DNA of 64,000 bases from Orbicella franksi. Its lineage: Eukaryota. The position numbers and the translations under genes are program-made. The stretch covers positions 23,560,001 to 23,624,000 of the forward strand of contig OZ116710.1 of the NCBI GenBank assembly GCA_964199315.1, in the 5' to 3' direction. Numbering within the stretch: position 1 is the first letter of the stretch; each line of letters starts with the position of its first letter. The notes below the pieces were generated by a model, which had not been told where the DNA came from, did no database searches, and worked only from the letters and a program-made list of their open reading frames with translations. Of the stretch, positions 48,628-61,658 are shown piece after piece.

Positions 48628-51305
48628 GCCCCCCCCCCCCTGGGGTTGTAATGAACATGAGCCAATTTGTTGGTTATGTAGTGTCACATACTCACTACTG
48701 CTACACTCTTGAGATTCCAGTTTCTTTTCATTTGTAGTACACATTTACTTTGATTCATAATCATATACATGTAAAGTAGGTCAAAATAAGGTAAAAACTA
48801 GTAGACATTCCAAGACTGCAGAATAATTATGTCACATGATACGTATACATGTCTGCTGTAATGGGAGAAGAACAGTAAAAACGTTAGTTTGGTACCAACT
48901 GAAGTGCCTGAAATTCTGTAATAGTGGGAGTCTGTTATAATGGGAGCTGTTTCTATACATTACATTTCTTTGTAGCTTTCAACCAGAGATGCAGCTTCTG
49001 TCTCTAATAGCAGACTGGCATTCTGTTGCATCTCTCTGTTAGACATGCATGTAACTAAATGAGTTTTAAGTTTTTCGCTTATAAGTTTCAAATGCGTTAT
49101 TCTGGACTCTATTGACAACATCACATGTAAGCCTCACTTAGGTATGGTCAGGCTCAGGCTCCAGGACCCTGGCAACCACAGCCAGGTTACCAGGCACCTC
49201 CTCCTGTTACTCCTAAAGTTGCGGCATCTTCAGATACTGTACGTCTATTCATGTGTTTTACAAAATCATTAAAAGTAGTTCGTCTCGTGTGATCTTGTGG
49301 GTGAAGGTAGTTCTGAAAAGAAGTGTTGTTGGTGGCTGACGTTTTGACAACCTGAGAAGAAGTCATCTTCAGAGTCAAGTGAATAGTGTTAGTGAGTCAA
49401 TGAGGTTATAAGTCTGGTCTGTTTAAAGTGATTGGTTAGTTTAGCTCTGATGGTATTGGCTGAAAGACTTGTGTAAAGTTTGTCAGCTGGCATTGGTCGG
49501 TTCTTGTGACTGTAAATGTGATTCTGAATAACCTTATTGCTGTGGGCATGAAGTCTGGAGAAAAGATCTTAAAGTTTGTGGAAATCCTTAATTTTAAGTT
49601 AAAGAAGCCCTGGTTTTTGCTTATTGTAATTTTCCTCTTAAAACAGTAATATTTACATGCATGAGAAGAGTAATTCATGATATTACACAAGGGTTAGCTC
49701 ATATCGATCATCATTTACTGCAAAGTTCACGAGTTTACTCGCAGAGCACTTTGATTATCTTCGTTGTTTGTAGCTATTGAAGGCCTTCCTTTTGAAGTTA
49801 ATTCCAAGTTTGATATGTTATGGAAGAAGTCTGGGGTAAGTTTGATAACCCTGTTTGCACTCAGTTACCAACAAATCAATCATTTGATCGACCAATCAAA
49901 GGGCATGACACTAGTCTGGTTAACCGTACCCTGTCACCCTTTTGCGTGATGCTAGATGGCTTTACTCGCAATCTAGAGTCTAGTCAGGTAATCTGGTGAA
50001 TAATTTTACTGTACTTTTTGTACTGACTCGGGACGTGGTGACCTACCGTGTGGCTTAAACGTTCTGCAGTATCTTTTTGGAATATCAAAATTCTGAGTTT
50101 ACTCCGTGGCTTGTGGGAGCAAGGATATATATGAATTTTCATTTTTTCTCTAAGTCGTGGAGCCAAGTTAGAATTTTAATTTACTATATGGCCTAATGGC
50201 CATAATTACTAATTGTATCAATAACAAAATTCGAGTTTACTAATCTCGACTTAGTGATCCATGATCCATTTCTTAGTCTTAATTTTTTTGCTTATTGACG
50301 ACACGTAGATGTTTCATGTTTCTTTTGCAGCCCGCGATTCCAAATATGCAAAGCTTATCTGTTAGCGACATTAACACAAAGGTACGTTGAATAAAATCAT
50401 TTTCTCAAGAAATCAAGGAGTGTCATTTTTTTTTACTCAAATGAAAATAAAACGATGGTAATCATTTTACGGTGATTCCTCAGAATTGCATTGCGCATCC
50501 CTACCGGGCAGATTTTCGCGTCATTAGCGCGCTCAAACAAGCGCGTGCACATACATGACATCAAGAGATTCTTTTCAAGTTAAGCTCGACTGCGAAATGA
50601 ATGCTAGTTTTCTCTTAAATGGTGACATGTTTTTTATTATATAATTTTGGTGTACAAATTATTCTCCTTACGTTGAAAATTTTTCGGAAGGAAAAAAAGA
50701 TATAGCCAAGGGCACAAAAGAGTTAGTCGAGGAGACAAAGTATGACCTTGAAAACAACGACTCGAGGGACGTTTTGAGTCGATGCTGTTTAAAATGGTGT
50801 TAATTTTTCCATAAATTGTATATTACGTTGTTGCATATGCTTGAGACTTTCTACCTGTCACGCTTTCTTTTTTCAAGTATTTGTTTAAAAAAACTTTGCT
50901 TCCAGCTACCGCATAATGTAACATGATCCTATGAAATAACGCACGTGATAGACAAATGGGGTAAGATTGGCGCATCACTTTATGTGTTTTGCGATCATGG
51001 AGACCTGTCTTGTTTATTGTATTTTTCAACAGTGCTTGATAGGCAACATTCAGGGAAAGCTTCATAAAAATCGTTCAACAAATTTTATTTCTGAGGAATC
51101 GCCTTAAGGTTAGCTCTTCTTTCTACGTGGTAACAAAAGGTGTTTCAAATAGTCATGAGGAGATAAACAGTGCATTGCGGGCTAAACCGTTTTTCTGTTT
51201 CATGTCTTCTCAGCCAAAATGAGTTTATACTTACTTCTTTGTTTTTTTCTCCACTTGTAGTACGACTATGACTTTAGCAAGGAGCGAGCTGTGACTTCAA
51301 GATGA
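46907..51305 (+). CDS. MVB12: MVB12/FAM125-like ESCRT-I subunit, 3' exons (part of MABP domain, Pro-rich linker, UMA domain)
   Basis: Exons 46907-47000 (ENVIEDLVVIGKDDSVLAGFSAI), 47128-47262 (KALRKH..CLKIQ..TATSAVCDIVLITRTKGEQTPPGYHLI; needs +1 nt in the T run at 47150-47156), 49142-49238 (P/Q-rich), 49774-49835 (IEGLPFEVNSKF), 50331-50381 (IPNMQSLSVSDINTK) and 51261-51305 (YDYDFSKERAVTSR*). There is one phase mismatch (49238/49774), and the 5' exons were not found. Confidence 0.75.
47056..47111. repeat. (CATT)14 microsatellite
   Basis: Direct read. Confidence 0.95.
47628..48087. mobile_element. MITE with gggggtactc...gagtacccc termini
   Basis: Inverted termini and internal accctatttatgac repeats. 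A related element lies at 48248-48645. Confidence 0.6.
48248..48645. mobile_element. Related MITE (cccgggggggtac...gtgcccccccc.tgggg)
   Basis: Shares gcacatacctatatagcccata with 47628-48087 and has G/C-run termini. Confidence 0.55.
49255..49480 (-). mobile_element. Penelope-like element 3'/pLTR fragment with an inactivated hammerhead motif (49333-49377)
   Basis: Minus strand reads tgact-ctgaaga-tgacttcttctcaggttgtc-aaaac-gtc-agcca, followed by ccaacaacacttcttttcagaactacc..cac, a typical PLE tail. GAAA is mutated to AAAA. Confidence 0.65.
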
Positions 51306-52064
51306 AAAAGAATCATTTAGTTAGTGTCGGTCACATAATTCCGCCGCCTGTGTCACACGGCCAATTTTCATAAAGAGGGTTGCGTTAGAGTAGAGTAGTT
51401 TGTGGCTGACTTAGATAGTCACAGCGAGCGACCGGTGATAAATTACGTTGCTGGCCGAGTTAAATGGTATTAAAATGGTGTGTAGTCTTTATACGACACC
51501 CTCTCTATTTGCAACAAGACAAGTTGAGAGTACAATGCAGCAGAGAAAGCTTTTCCCGTCCCCAAGTTCTTTGTAAATCTATGCTGAGCATGAGCAGTGC
51601 CCTGTAATCTCATGCTTAGGCGAATGGAAGTGAGCAAAGGTTGCTGCAATGACAGAGGTTGCCTTATGTACACCACATATTGTGTTGAGTTGAATGGGAA
51701 TAAATCCCAGAATTACGTGTATGTGATGCAATGAAGTGAAGTTTGAAGTCGTGACCTGTAAGTCACAACAAACAAGCAAATAAATACAACATTTAAAGGA
51801 GTTATAAAAAAGCTGACAAAATCAGATAAATTATACGGCAAAAATGGTCAAGTAAGATATCAAATGCATTGTAGAAACTAAAAAAAAAGAACTGCCTGCG
51901 AGATTTTTATCTAGTAAAGGTTGATAACAAAACCAGATAATATGCGCATAAGTGCATTAGGAAAGATAAAATAGAGTATAAAGGAAACGTTAGGTAGTTA
52001 TACTCAAGAATTTTATCTCCGCTTGGTTTAAAGTTTGTGGCTTACATTTTTATATTATCGCAAC

Positions 52065-52330
52065 CAAAAAAGCAACGCAGCGCAACCAAAAAACTAACGA
52101 AAAACCAACGCAACCAAAATAACAACGCAGCGAAAAATGCGACGCAACCAAACAAGCAACGAGAAAAGCAACGCAATGCAACCAGAAAAGCAAGCAATAA
52201 AGCTTGCAAAGCAAGCAGAAAGCTGCGAAAATAGCAACGCAACGAAAAAAGCAGCGAAAAAAGCAAGGCAACGCAACCAAAATATCAAGCAAAAAAGCAA
52301 GGCAACGTAACCAAATAGCGAAGCAAGCAA
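52065..52330. repeat. Degenerate low-complexity repeat (gcaacgcaacc/aaagcaa units)
   Basis: Direct read; it produces several spurious overlapping ORFs. Confidence 0.8.
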
Positions 52331-52644
52331 TAGTTCTCTGGTTGGCACAACAACTAAAAAACCAACGAGTTGGAAGCGGTTCTCATTATTGTACTAACAT
52401 GATGTATATATAGTAATTTACTTAATTAACATTAGTTTTACATTTTTATTAAATACATTACATGTAGATCTTTATAGGGAATATAACTATTTACAAACGT
52501 ACAAAAAGCTGCACAAAAGAACTCTTTGTTTCACCAGCCAATACTTCTCTGGTTGGCATATATATTACAATAGGTGACGTCACTGCTTTTTTTGCCATAA
52601 AGCGAATGAGGAAGTAACCCACTGAACATATCCAAACTCAAGCT

Positions 52645-52855
52645 ACTGACAAATTTACTAAACGACCTGGATTGGCCTCCCTTTTCAAAGAGAAGGAAAA
52701 TGGCTCGCCTTTCGTTACTCCACAAAGCTATTCATGGTGAATCAACGTTTGAAATGCCAAGGTACATCAAAAGGCGCAATTGTCAATTACGACACTACCA
52801 CTGAGACAAGTTTATTGAATTAAGACCAAACACTGAAGCATGCAGAAACTCACTT
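52645..52855 (+). mobile_element. 3' remnant of a CR1/L2-group non-LTR retrotransposon ORF2
   Basis: Translates LLNDLDWPPFSKRRKMARLSLLHKAIHG...RHYH*DKFIELRPNTEACRNS, resembling the L.W..L..RR...RL...YK C-terminal motif. Confidence 0.55.
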
Positions 52856-52906
52856 TATTATATGGCTAGCTCCGCGAGCGGGCAAGATGAAACAAATCCT
52901 GCGCCG

Positions 52907-52937
<31 letters not shown>

Positions 52938-53172
52938 TATCTTGCCCGCTCGGGACTACCCGCCGTGTCTCGCAAGAAAAATTTTCCGGAAATCCATATA
53001 ATAAATCCTTTATTGACTAAGCTTGTTCGGTCAAAATGGCTGGATATTGGCCTCGTTCTTTTTTTGCCAGTTTATGGGCCTGGACTCCGTCTCGGTCCAT
53101 AAACTCGCAACAAAAGAACTTTGCCAATATCCAGCCATCTTGACCTCACACTTGGTCAATAACCCAGACATA
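52856..53172. repeat. Dispersed MITE-like repeat (cgagcgggcaagatg family)
   Basis: Internal hairpin cgagcgggcaagatggagctatcttgcccgctcg and paired ctggatattgg/ccaatatccag motifs. Confidence 0.6.
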
Positions 53173-53242
53173 TTGTAGAAGTATCAAAGAATAGAGGTTA
53201 TTGCCCAGGAATGTTTTGGACAGTAAAATTTCCACAAGTTAA

Positions 53243-54506
53243 CCCTTTCGCCTAGGGAGATCACTTGTGCCTGTGGCCTCGCAGTTTGTTATAAAATTGT
53301 GACCCCCCTCCCCCTATACACGATCTAGTTTACACCCTTGGAAGTTTGGAACTTTCTGCAACAATCGTGCGGCCTGTAATGCATCCGTTATTAACCTATT
53401 CATTGAAAGCTGTAAAATAAGGTATAGTTTAGGGGTATGCCTAATATTTACGAAGATTTTGACTTTTTTGAACTTTTTCATTCTCTCCTTTCAAACCATT
53501 GTTAAGCGATGACGTATTGTGTGACGTCATCGCTTTATGCTGGCGTACTTGCATTTCTTTGGATAGTGATTTCTTATAGTTTTGTCGCGCTTATGTCGCG
53601 CACGATTTATCTCTCTGTGGAAGCAAAATATACTCTGGGAGTTAGTAAATGAGACAATTAGGTTCAGTGGAGTGCTTTTAATTGTAGGTTTTAAAATAAG
53701 ATTTAGGGTTTTATTTTGGTTTATACAGTCTGGGATAAATTAGCATTCACGGGCAAACTCATAATAAGAACATATCCTCCATACATACAAGTTTAGGTAG
53801 ACAAGTAATTCGCACAGGCGATAGGTGAAGGGTTTGCGGCTTTCCTTTGCTGTTTGAAGCATCACCGGAGGCCTTAATCGATATGACAAGTATACAGTTA
53901 AAACAACAAATTAATTTCCGGTGAGGTAATTAGCGTTGTCAAATATCTTTAAAGATGGTAAGGTGTCGATTTCAGACAGAGAAACTTGTACTTTGCGGTT
54001 TTCCTTTGCTGTTTGTAGGATCAGTGGAGTGCTTTTAATTTCAGCTTTTAAACGAAGATATGGGGCTGGAAATACACTGTAACTGAAATTCCTTTATTAT
54101 GTATTGGAAAATTTAGTTATTAATCTTTCTTTTGGGTTGGTACATTTCGCTGACCCCTAGCATATAGACCAACACGATGGACCTGCTACATGAACTACTT
54201 GAATGAACTACCAATGGACTACCTTAAATGTAAACCCCTAAAATTTCTGACACAAAAGTTCTACAGTTTAGTTAGGGAATCGGTTTGTCTGCTTATGTTC
54301 CAATCTTCTAGGAACAATTTTTAAAAGCATCACTTCTGCATGGATTGCGTGCCGTTTATTTGTCAAAGCTATCACCTCCTTAGTGGTTGCTGATGCGATT
54401 TTTGGAATACACAGATCAGAAGCTTTCAAATGGTGTACCGTACATGGGTATAGGGGGTGTATTAATTAAATTGCAGAAAATTCCCAGCAATTTAGGGCTA
54501 AAAGGG
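53243..54506. mobile_element. Non-autonomous piggyBac-like element
   Basis: TTAA|ccctttcgcct ... ggctaaaaggg|TTAA (TSDs 53239-53242 and 54507-54510). Confidence 0.6.
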
Positions 54507-54834
54507 TTAAGATTAGAATAATTTAACTTGCCTCTCCCCACTTTTTGTAACCCTTTAGTCTGGCAGCAATGGGTATATCCCTCTGTGGGAAACCCCTTTA
54601 TGCAGATGTAGATAGATCATCTCAAAGAAACGCAACCCCTTTTTTGATGTTTTTTTTTTTCTTTTTTCATCGATCGTTACTCATTCCGCAATGCCATAGC
54701 CCGCGAAAGCTCCTAGGGGCACTAATCCTATTTAAGCCTGAAGTTTTTTCAGGCATTCATTTCACAAGTGACAAAGTTGTTTACCTAACTGCGATGATCA
54801 TTCATGTCTTTACATCTCTCCGCATTTCTATTGC

Positions 54835-55450
54835 ATGATAATGCAGCGTTCGGTTGCGAGAGAGCTTTTGGTTTTCCCATGTTCCACGAGCTAACTGGAT
54901 GTGACACAGTTTCCTTCTTCGCTGGCCGTGGCAAGAAGACAGCCTGGGACATCTGAGGTGTACTCCCCGAGCTTACAGCTACACTGCTGACCCTATCCTC
55001 GTTACCTGAAGTGGTCGACAATGCTTGCTTGACTGTGGTTGAACGTTTAGCCATTCTCCTTTACAACCGCACAAGTACATGTAACCTAACAAAGGTTAAT
55101 GTAGCCAGACAAGAACTCTTCTGTAAGAAGTGTAGGACCCTGGGAAAATTCCTCCAACCTAAGAGGCACTCGTGCAGCACACCAATCATTCAGTGCATTA
55201 AGGTGGGCACGTTTGGGCCCCAACTCTTACGACGCAACTAGTTCCTCTAAGCCCTTCTGAATGGGGATGGCAACATGATGACGTGATGAAGTCTCGGATT
55301 CCAGTACGGATGATACTGCCACAGATGAAGGACACGTGCTACGAACTCATCCGCTGCAGCTGCATGCAAGACTGCATGCGCAAGTCGTTGTAAGTGTGTA
55401 AAGGCGAGCTTGGCTTGCACAGGATTGTGTAACTGCAGAGACGTGTTGAA
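54835..55450 (+). mobile_element. Remnant of an AcademX-like transposon protein C-terminus (XPG-like nuclease + Cys-rich finger)
   Basis: FHELTGCDTVSFFAGRGKKTAW (H3TH-like), ER..ILLY..VN.ARQELF, WGW and ELIRCSC..C..RCKCVKA.LACTGLCNC, with stops and frameshifts. Confidence 0.6.
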
Positions 55451-58400
55451 GACATGTCAGCGTCACTTTTTATTTCTTCTTCGCCATATTTCAACAAACT
55501 TTTTGGTCCATTTTAGAGGACCATTCCACCTTAAGTGGACCTTTCCTTGAAGCCATTGCTTTTCTTTTACTGACTTAACGATGATGAGCCGCGTCCCGCC
55601 CCACCTGAGCAGACTGGGTCTGAGAAATAGAGACACATGACGTAGTAGCCTCGATGTCGATATTTTGTCACAAGAAGTTCGATTGTGCCACGTATCGAGA
55701 GCTTGTAAACGTGTTAGTGGCAAAATATCTTCTAAATAGCTATTTTGGTGGTCAAAGGACATCATTTAAGTCTGGCGATCGGTAACTTGACATGCGGCAT
55801 TCGAAGAACTGAATGTTTGCGGCAGTTCGCGGTTCCAAGAGTGCTTTTAAGCACTAAAAGATCGAAACTTGGTTTGCGACTGTGTCAGGCCAAAACAGAG
55901 CAGGTCTAAAAGCAGGTCACTTCGAAGCGTATAAAAAAACGGTATTTTTGGCAGTTACATGACAAGCAGTAGCCACCGTGTCTATGAAAGTGTGAATGTT
56001 TTGACCTGCTTTTAGACTTGTAAAATGCGTGGATTTGTCGGGAGGTAGCATTCCGTGCCACAACAGTATAGCTACCCATAATGCATTGCAAGATGTATCC
56101 GACAATAAATACTGCTGTTAGCAATGAACCAGAAACACCAAAGTAAAGACTATAGCATATAGCAAATTAAGATGTGTATAGTACGTGCTGATATGCTAGT
56201 TTCCGGTTCCGCTTAGTCTAAGAGTGGGACTGTATTCTGCTAGTTATAGACCTGAGGCTAGAAACTCCAGCGTTATATATTCGTTACCGTCGTCAGCTAG
56301 AATTGCGCATTTTTCAGCCCAAATTGAGGCGTATTCGGACAGGATTCCAAACAGTTAGCAAGCCAAAAGGTAACGGTTGGAAATTTGAAAACAGACATAC
56401 ACTTCAAAACTAATTGTAATTGCTGAGTATCGTTGGCGAATGCTGCTTGTCATTGCGCGCTTATTCAATTCAAAGATATGGCTATGTCTGCCAAGTTAAG
56501 CGGTACCGCACAACTTAAGATTTGCTTACAGTTGGTGGACTCACTGCGAACGAGAACGGGTGTTTTCCTATGCGGTGTTTGCTACAATTTATCCATACAC
56601 GATGTAGCTGAGCTGATCGGCCACTTCTCTCGAGGTCGCATAAAGCCTTCTACATCCTCAATCAACGACATTTCAAGAAAACCAGCCAATATGTATTCTG
56701 CGTAAGCCAGAGGTTGGCCCATGTTAATTGTTTATGTCGCTATTGGCCGCTGGAAAACCGAGTCATGGAATTGCTTCCCACTAACAAATCGTTTAGGCCC
56801 TGAACTGCCTCGGTCTTAAAACTCTTAAAGTTCGGGAAAAGCAAAGCTTAGACTGAAAGCAAACAAGTCTCGATAACGCAGAAAATAACTCTGTTAGATG
56901 GACGGCAATACAGGAAACGTTTACCCGAAACATAAACAACGTAACAACAGCGACAACAAAATACAAACGAATTCGAAAAAATCCAAAACATCCAAAAAAT
57001 CAGTCAATCAGTTTAAGAAAAACAATTGCAACACCAAACAGGTTGGAAAAAAACGAAGAAGACGAAGAAATAAAAAGAAAAAGAAATTTAAAAAAATCAA
57101 TCAATAAATAAATAAATAAATAAGTAAATAAAAAAAATAAACAATAAACCAAAGCGGCAAAAAAAAAACCAAAAAAATTCTAACTATATAAGTCAATCGA
57201 TTAATTCAAGCAACAAAAATGTTCGGCGTGGCTGGGATTTTCTTCCCGGCCCGAGTTCGAATCTCAATCGGGGGAGAAGTTATTCGACCCCCAAGCCGTT
57301 CGGGAATAACCCCTTTAACAACATAAATACTTGAAATGGCGCGCGCTTACGGTTTCCGTCCCCGATTATTGGATGGAGTGTCAACAACCTCGGCAGCCCC
57401 CGCTAAGAAATGTGCAGCAACAAGTGACCTCTTCACTTTCCGAGGTTGAAACTGACTCGCAAAGTAATGTGGTAGATCGAGTTGTCGGTTCAAGCCAGAG
57501 TAGGTTAAGTAACGAATCGTCACCGGAGACTGATTTTATACCAGAACCCCGCGCGGAAACATTACTGCCGTCAAAATATGGACGAAAGCGGGCACTGGTC
57601 GAGAGAGACTATTATGTTAGTTGGGACAAGATAGTTTTTTTGATTTAATATTTCGACACCTGTAAATAATTTAGATTAATCCTGACTGGTAGCTTTGCTT
57701 GTATATACAAGTTTTAAGTTTCTATGCACTTCGCGTGTTTGTTAGCAAATAAGAGTCAACTAAGCGACGTGGAGTAATTTTTTCCTTGCCAAAAAAAACT
57801 GTTACCCTCCCCCGGTTGCGAATAAAACAGGTTTGACCCTTCACAATTTGTGAAAAATTTGCTAATGACCCCCCCTCCGAAGCCCCGGCCCACCCCCCCC
57901 CCCCCCCGCCCAATAAAAAACGTACCTTTCCTTACGGTACATGAAGTTCTTACCGGAATCAGGACTCTTGGTTCTGACCAAAGGTATCCCTGTATCTTCC
58001 TTGACAGTTGACTAGCGCACGAGCCCCGCGATTCCCCGCGATTAATTTCAGAAAAAAACAAGAATATTCGAGTTGGTGGGTAACTCCCTATCCTCACAGA
58101 CTCACAAAAGCGTAAAGGGTATTGTAGGGTTACGTGCAGAGGTACCCAAGGAAGGTGTGGATGTAACCGGAAGCGCGTGGGTCAAGTATTCACAAATGGG
58201 GCTCGGGTTTGTTGGATACGTCACTATTCTGGAATGCACTCAGGAATATGCACAAATCATTTGTGATTTCTTTAAGATTGCTGTTCATCACATATCACCG
58301 ACGAGATACAAGAAAAGGTGATCATTTTGTCAACTGGGCACAAAACTGGTTTTTCAGTGTGCTATAAAAGGTAGATAAACATTATGTGAACGAAAAGGTC

Positions 58401-59024
58401 TTTTGTTTTAACGACAGCGTCGCAATTGACCGTGTCAACAGTTAGCTCCTATGTCTGACTTTTGTGTCGGTGTCATTTCAGTTCCCAACGAGGTTTCGTC
58501 TGTTCCAGTTTGACTTCTTTTAGATTTTCCTCTTAAGTCTACGAATGCAGTAACAAGACCAACTGTAAAGACGAACTTGCGTGGTTAACAGTTAACTGAC
58601 CAGGGTGCTGACATGTCCGCTCCGCCGGTAAGCTTCGATTGACATACCAAGATCATTTCGTGTTTTATATACATTTAAAATAAGCTTACAGATTGTAAAT
58701 TTATAGATGGGCACTGCACAGGCATAGACCACAATGTGGAAGATGGTAATGGTATAAATTATTTTTCTTTTGACGTCGTTATTTTCATTTTGACTTGATA
58801 ATTTATCTTTTTCTGGAATGCCACTTGTCCCAGTAATTATTCCTGACACATTTTGTTTGTCATCTTTTATATAAGCTCACGTACCGAACGTTTCGTTAGT
58901 GTTCCCATGGACCGTCACAGATGGTTCGTACCCAACTTGGACGATTTGTTGCAATTACCAAGTTGGTTTGTTTCAAACGTATGCTGTTTATGGTTGTTGT
59001 GGTGATTGTTAAGCTATAAGCCAG

Positions 59025-60730
59025 GCCTAGTCAATCCATAAACTGATAATCGATTTTAATAGATAACAATCGATATGAATCGAAGATTGATATCAATTGC
59101 CCATAAGTAATGGTAATAGGACAGAGTGGAGTCCAATTTGGTTGGTTATCATATGAGTGATAACAAAATTGGAGGACCGCAGAGGGAGTCCAATTTGTTT
59201 ATCACGAGTATGATTACAGACTGAATTGGAGGAAATGAAGTCTTATTACCAATTAATCATAAAAATTACAATTTCCGAGAAAAGAAGAATAACCAAGTTA
59301 TGAAAGAAAGGAAAAATTTGCATTAAAATACCTACAAAGGAGATGTAAACATTCTAAGGCCACCGCGCCTCCTACCGGCAATTAGGCGCCAAAGATACGA
59401 AAGTGCGCGTATGCACGCAGGCTCATAAGTACAACTTTGATGTGATTGGTTGATTTAACTACAACTTTGAATGTGATTGGCTTATTGAACTGTTTGATAA
59501 CAAACTGTCCAATAGCAACTTGGCAAGTGAATTAGTGGAAAATAGGACTTGTTAAACCAATCACAATCGAGGAAATTGTAATTTTTATGATTATAATTGG
59601 TAAAAATCGAGGAAGAAAAAAAGTTTTGAGTTTGATTGTTTGTGATTGGCGATAGTTAAGAAATAGAACACATGTACTGTGTTTCTGTCGCGTTATAGAT
59701 ACATGAGTGGAAGTTTGGGAGAACGAGGAATGCTGTGGGAACACAAGCCGCAGCTTTATCAAGTTCTCCCAAACTTTCACGAGTGTGTCTATAACTTGAT
59801 AGAAACATGGAAAACATGTTTTCTATTTCTTTTAGAAAACACCGCAACAAAAAAAAGGAATACAACTTGTTAACTTTGATTATCAAAATGTAAATTCACT
59901 TTGCTTGTGTCATCATTACGTCAACAGCTCATGCTAGTTCTGTGTTTCTATCAAGTTACAGAAACACGATTTTTAACTAATCAGTATGCGTATATTCTTA
60001 GGACTGTTTTCTAATAATCAATAATAATTGATTCATTGATTGGTATCGATTATTATCTATTGTTATTGGAAATTATTTTTGTTCTTTTACAAGTTACACT
60101 GATAAAATGTTTGACAAAATTTGTCTGTAATGGTTTTATTGAGTCAATTAATCATAGCCTGCATATCTTTAACAATCATAGACAAAATAACAAGAACAGA
60201 AACAACCAACAGAAACATTTTGGGCTAGGCTACATCTTTCTTTTCTGGTTTACAACACCAGAAGAAGTTCAGGCCAGAGTAGCTAGTGTGAAACCATCCA
60301 GTCTTATTGTAGCATCAGCATTTAAATGAAGCAAAATAAATAGAAGAGTCAGGGTTTAGTGATTTCAATTATTTGGATTAGAAAATAAATGTAATAAAAG
60401 ATCTCAGAGTAGGCCAAAAGGAAAATATAATCTAGTAGCATGCTAAAGATGAATGTCTTGTATTGTTCCAGCTATTACTTCACTCAATAACAAAGCCATC
60501 TTTGAATAGTCTGGCTGCTTATTCAGGAGTTTTTTTTTCAATCAATATTCCAAGACAGGAATTATCGATTGCTATTGATTTTTGCCAATCGATGGCAATC
60601 ATGAAAGAAAATATTTTTCTGTGAGTTTGATTGTTATCAATTGTCAATATCAATTGATAGCAATCGAGGATTGATATTGATTGCATCAATTGATTTCCGA
60701 TATCAATTTTTATTGTCTGACTATGCTTGG
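59025..60730. mobile_element. atcgat/atcaat-rich MITE interrupted by other repeats
   Basis: Ends ccaggcctagtca (~59025) and tgactatgcttgg (~60730) are inverted. The palindromic gagtccaattt repeat (59110-59260) and the 59650-59990 repeat are nested inside. Confidence 0.45.
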
Positions 60731-61410
60731 TATAGGATATAAAACCAGTTTCAAATATCAGGTAACTTGCAATCAAGTACAGTGCTTATAACAAGAAATC
60801 AAAAGTATATTTAAAAAGTATATGTTGCATCAAAAGTATTGAAAATGTATATTTATTGCTGAAGGTTCTATTCCGTGTGTGATTAGCCTAAATGTGTCAT
60901 GTCACTGAATCTGCCTCAGCTACATGTAAAACCGGGGAATATTTGAGTTATATTCCCCAATTTTCAAAACTGTGTGTGCAGCGAAAAATAGTAGAAGGTT
61001 GATTAATTATTACAATCATCTCTATTTGGCACAAATATAGGCTTGGATATTTGTCCTTGGGTATTATCTGTTGCTCATACATTCACAGTTTTCCTTGCGC
61101 TACTCTCTCAGAACAGTTTGCTTCTCGGATGAGATAATGTCCAGGGACAAATATCCAAGCATGTTTTCACGCTAGACAGAGGCTGTTATTTATAATACAA
61201 GAACTAAATCAAAGACCCCCTGAGCCAGCTCATGGATGAATAGTTGACTTTTGCCTCTGTGGCAAAATGAGTCTTTGTGCAAAACTATTCGAATGAAAAT
61301 GCATGTCACCTGTACGTTCATTCTCTTGAAATTCAAGTCATTTCATGTACAATGTTTTGCATGAGCATTCGTTCTCAAAAAGAGGCAAACAGCAACTTCG
61401 AAGTGAAATT

Positions 61411-61658
61411 AAAGTCTGCATATGAGCCAGGTGGCCCATCAGGTCAGCACTTATCCCGGTTTCTGTAGCATGAAGCGATTAGGAGTATTTCTACTACCCG
61501 CAGATGGGATGCTAGTCCATTGCAGGGTTACCCTGCAATATTAAATTTGCCAGTTCTTATTTATACACCTGAGTGGAAAGAAACACTGTGAGAGTTAAGT
61601 GTCTTGCTCAAGAACACAATAAAATGTTCCCAGCCAGGGCTTGAACCCAGACTGTTCG
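61411..61658 (-). mobile_element. tRNA-derived cnidarian-type SINE, best-preserved copy
   Basis: Minus strand reads ctgggttcaagccctggctggg (B-box), gcaagacacttaactctcacagtg, gggtaaccctgcaatggactagcatcccatc, cgcttcatgctacagaaaccgggataag, gatgggccacctggctcatatgcagactt. Confidence 0.85.

Noticed and set aside
52037-52413. Five overlapping ORFs rich in K/Q/A or F/L/C
   Set aside because: Low-complexity repeat translation.
57225-57300. tRNA-like B-box (gagttcgaatc)
   Set aside because: No A-box or cloverleaf could be built.
57331-58321. ORFs resembling an LTR pol tail (57331-57648) and a Cys-rich integrase tail (~58100-58270)
   Set aside because: The resemblance is too weak and fragmentary to name a family.
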